A stretch of DNA of 64,000 nucleotides. Origin: Octopus bimaculoides (lineage: Eukaryota). Both the position numbers and the translations under genes were made by a program. The stretch covers positions 22,534,472-22,598,471 of the forward strand of contig NC_068981.1 of the NCBI RefSeq assembly GCF_001194135.2, in the 5' to 3' direction. How positions within the stretch are numbered: position 1 is the stretch's first letter; each line of letters opens with the position of its first letter. The notes below the pieces were generated by a model. That model was given only the letters and a program-made list of their open reading frames with translations. It had not been told where the DNA came from and did no database searches. This document shows positions 62,176 through 64,000 of this stretch, piece by piece.

Positions 62176-62568
62176 CTGCTGTTGTTGTTGGCACTCCGTC
62201 GCTTACGACGTCGAGGGTTCCAGTTGATCCGATCAACGGAACAGCCTGCTCGTGAAATTAACGTGCAAGTGGCTGAGCACTCCACAGACACGTGTACTCT
62301 TAACGTAGTTCTCGGGGATATTCAGCATGACACAGAGTGTGACAAGGCTGGCCCTTTGAATTACAGGTACAACAGAAACAGGAAGTAAGAGTGAGAGAAA
62401 GTTGTGGTGAAAGAGTACAGCAGGGTTCGCCACCATCCCTGCCGGAGCCTTGTGGAGCTTTAGGTGTTTTCGCTCAATAAACACTCACAACGCCTGGTCT
62501 GGGAATCGAAACCACGATCCTATGACCGTGAGTCCGCTGCCCTAACCACTGGGTCATTGCGCCTCCAC
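62176..62568 (-). mobile_element. Full-length SINE family D with 10-bp TSD, inserted in a family E repeat
   Basis: Head GGAGGCGCAATGACCCAGTGGTTAGG...GGTTTCGATTCCC, (AAC)n tail; TSD TGTGATAGTG at 62166-62175 and 62569-62578. Confidence 0.95.
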
Positions 62569-64000
62569 TGTGATAGTGTAGTCCTAGATAAACTTTGTCT
62601 GGAAAACAAAATGGGATGTTTGTGGTTGAAATGTCTTTGATAATAGTTCTCCTTGATCAGCATTGATCTGGTGCTAACATCATTGTCACCATTATTTATT
62701 CTCACACCAAAAAGCAGTTATCAACCTGCTAGAAATAACAGCCAAATCCAAATCTCATGAATCACAGTCTACTCACCAAAAAGGAAGCAGACATTGGGTA
62801 TTGTAGAAAAGACAGGATGGTCATGGAAAAAAATACTTTGCTCTTAGGTCCACTTGACTAGGGCTAAACAACACACCTATTCAAATTAGGCTTACCACAC
62901 TATTCTGCCTTTAAGAGAATGTAAGAAGATACGAACGTAATTGTTTTGTAGGGTTGTATAATTAGCTGAAGGAAATTGTAAAATAACGAACACCCACACA
63001 CACACACGCTTATGTGGAGAGAAAACACCTGTTAAATAGATGAATTAACTTTGCATTCACAATACATGTGCAAAATTTAATTATCCTCTCTCAGCAGGTG
63101 CCCCTTTTCATATGTGTTTAAATATAAATAAATGAAATGTGACTCCACTCTGACAAACCATTTCCAGTAAAAAAAAAAAGTACTTTTGAAATTCCAAAAG
63201 AAAAAAATGGTAAACAAATATATAAAAAAGAATCCATTATTCTCCAGTTACTTTATTCTCAAATAAATTCTTTGTAAATGTTTTCTGAATGTGTGTGTGT
63301 TTTTGTGCCCTTGTTAGTTCACCCATCCATCATTTGACAACTGATGTTGGTTTCTTTACATCCCTTTGACTTAACGGTGTGGTGAAGGTGACTGACAGAA
63401 TAAGTACCAGACTTTAAAAGTAAATCCTGCGGGCAATCTAGTCAACTGCTCCAGTATGGCTGCAGTTAAAAGATAAAGCACCTTAGACTTGGAGCTTTCT
63501 CTGTGCGAAAATCCATGTTGGCAATTTCAAAGAACGGTTGGCAAATAGACTGTAAAACCTTGTGGATTGTTGACCAAGACAAGTCTTGAAGACTTGAATT
63601 ATAGGAATGAAGGTAGGAGAATCAATTTTAAATGTGGTGTTTAGAAAGCAGTTGGAAGTGAGAAAGAAAGGGCCCATCATTTGGGTCTTGAAAAGACTGT
63701 TTGAGGATTTTGAATTAATGCCATGTATCATGGACAAATCACTCATCTCTAAGATATTTGGTTCTTACACAGTGCTCCCACTACTTCCAGCAGGGCTTGA
63801 TTAAGAGACCCATAGAGGCCCTTAGCACTCAAAAGATTTTGGTACCTCCATATATAATTCGAAATGTAAACAATAATAAACCATAAAATGAATTTTTATT
63901 TTTCAAAATGAAACAAAACTAACAGTAAGATGGGAAATAATGTTTATTTTTGTATACTTCCACTTTATCTATATTTGAAAAGTTTCCTCTTAGATTTTTT

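Overview
Eukaryotic, AT-rich, repeat-dense genomic DNA from a gapped scaffold (8 N-runs, most next to microsatellites). I found no host protein-coding gene I can support, and no rRNA, functional tRNA or CRISPR array. Nearly every ORF in the track is a microsatellite, low-complexity or repeat read-through. The window is a mosaic of mobile-element debris: several tRNA-headed SINE families, many 3' ends and decayed RT segments of RTE-clade LINEs, two Ty3/Gypsy relics, a deleted mariner with a nested Helentron/DINE-1-like insert, piggyBac-like and other MITEs, and mini/microsatellites. The repeat set resembles my recollection of octopus (coleoid cephalopod) genomes; this is inference, not a database result. 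The most unusual items are: (1) a 222-bp TIR element whose centre is a 72-nt degenerate tRNA-like cloverleaf (20449-20670); (2) two loci where one SINE subfamily sits at the same position in the A-box region of a sister subfamily; (3) an internally deleted RTE copy joining the RT core to a 3' UTR built of repeated stem-loop modules; (4) a young 682-bp MITE with ~100-bp TIRs and a perfect 8-bp TSD. Family labels (A, B, C, D, E, F, G, H) are my own working names. Coordinates of decayed repeats are approximate (tens of bp).
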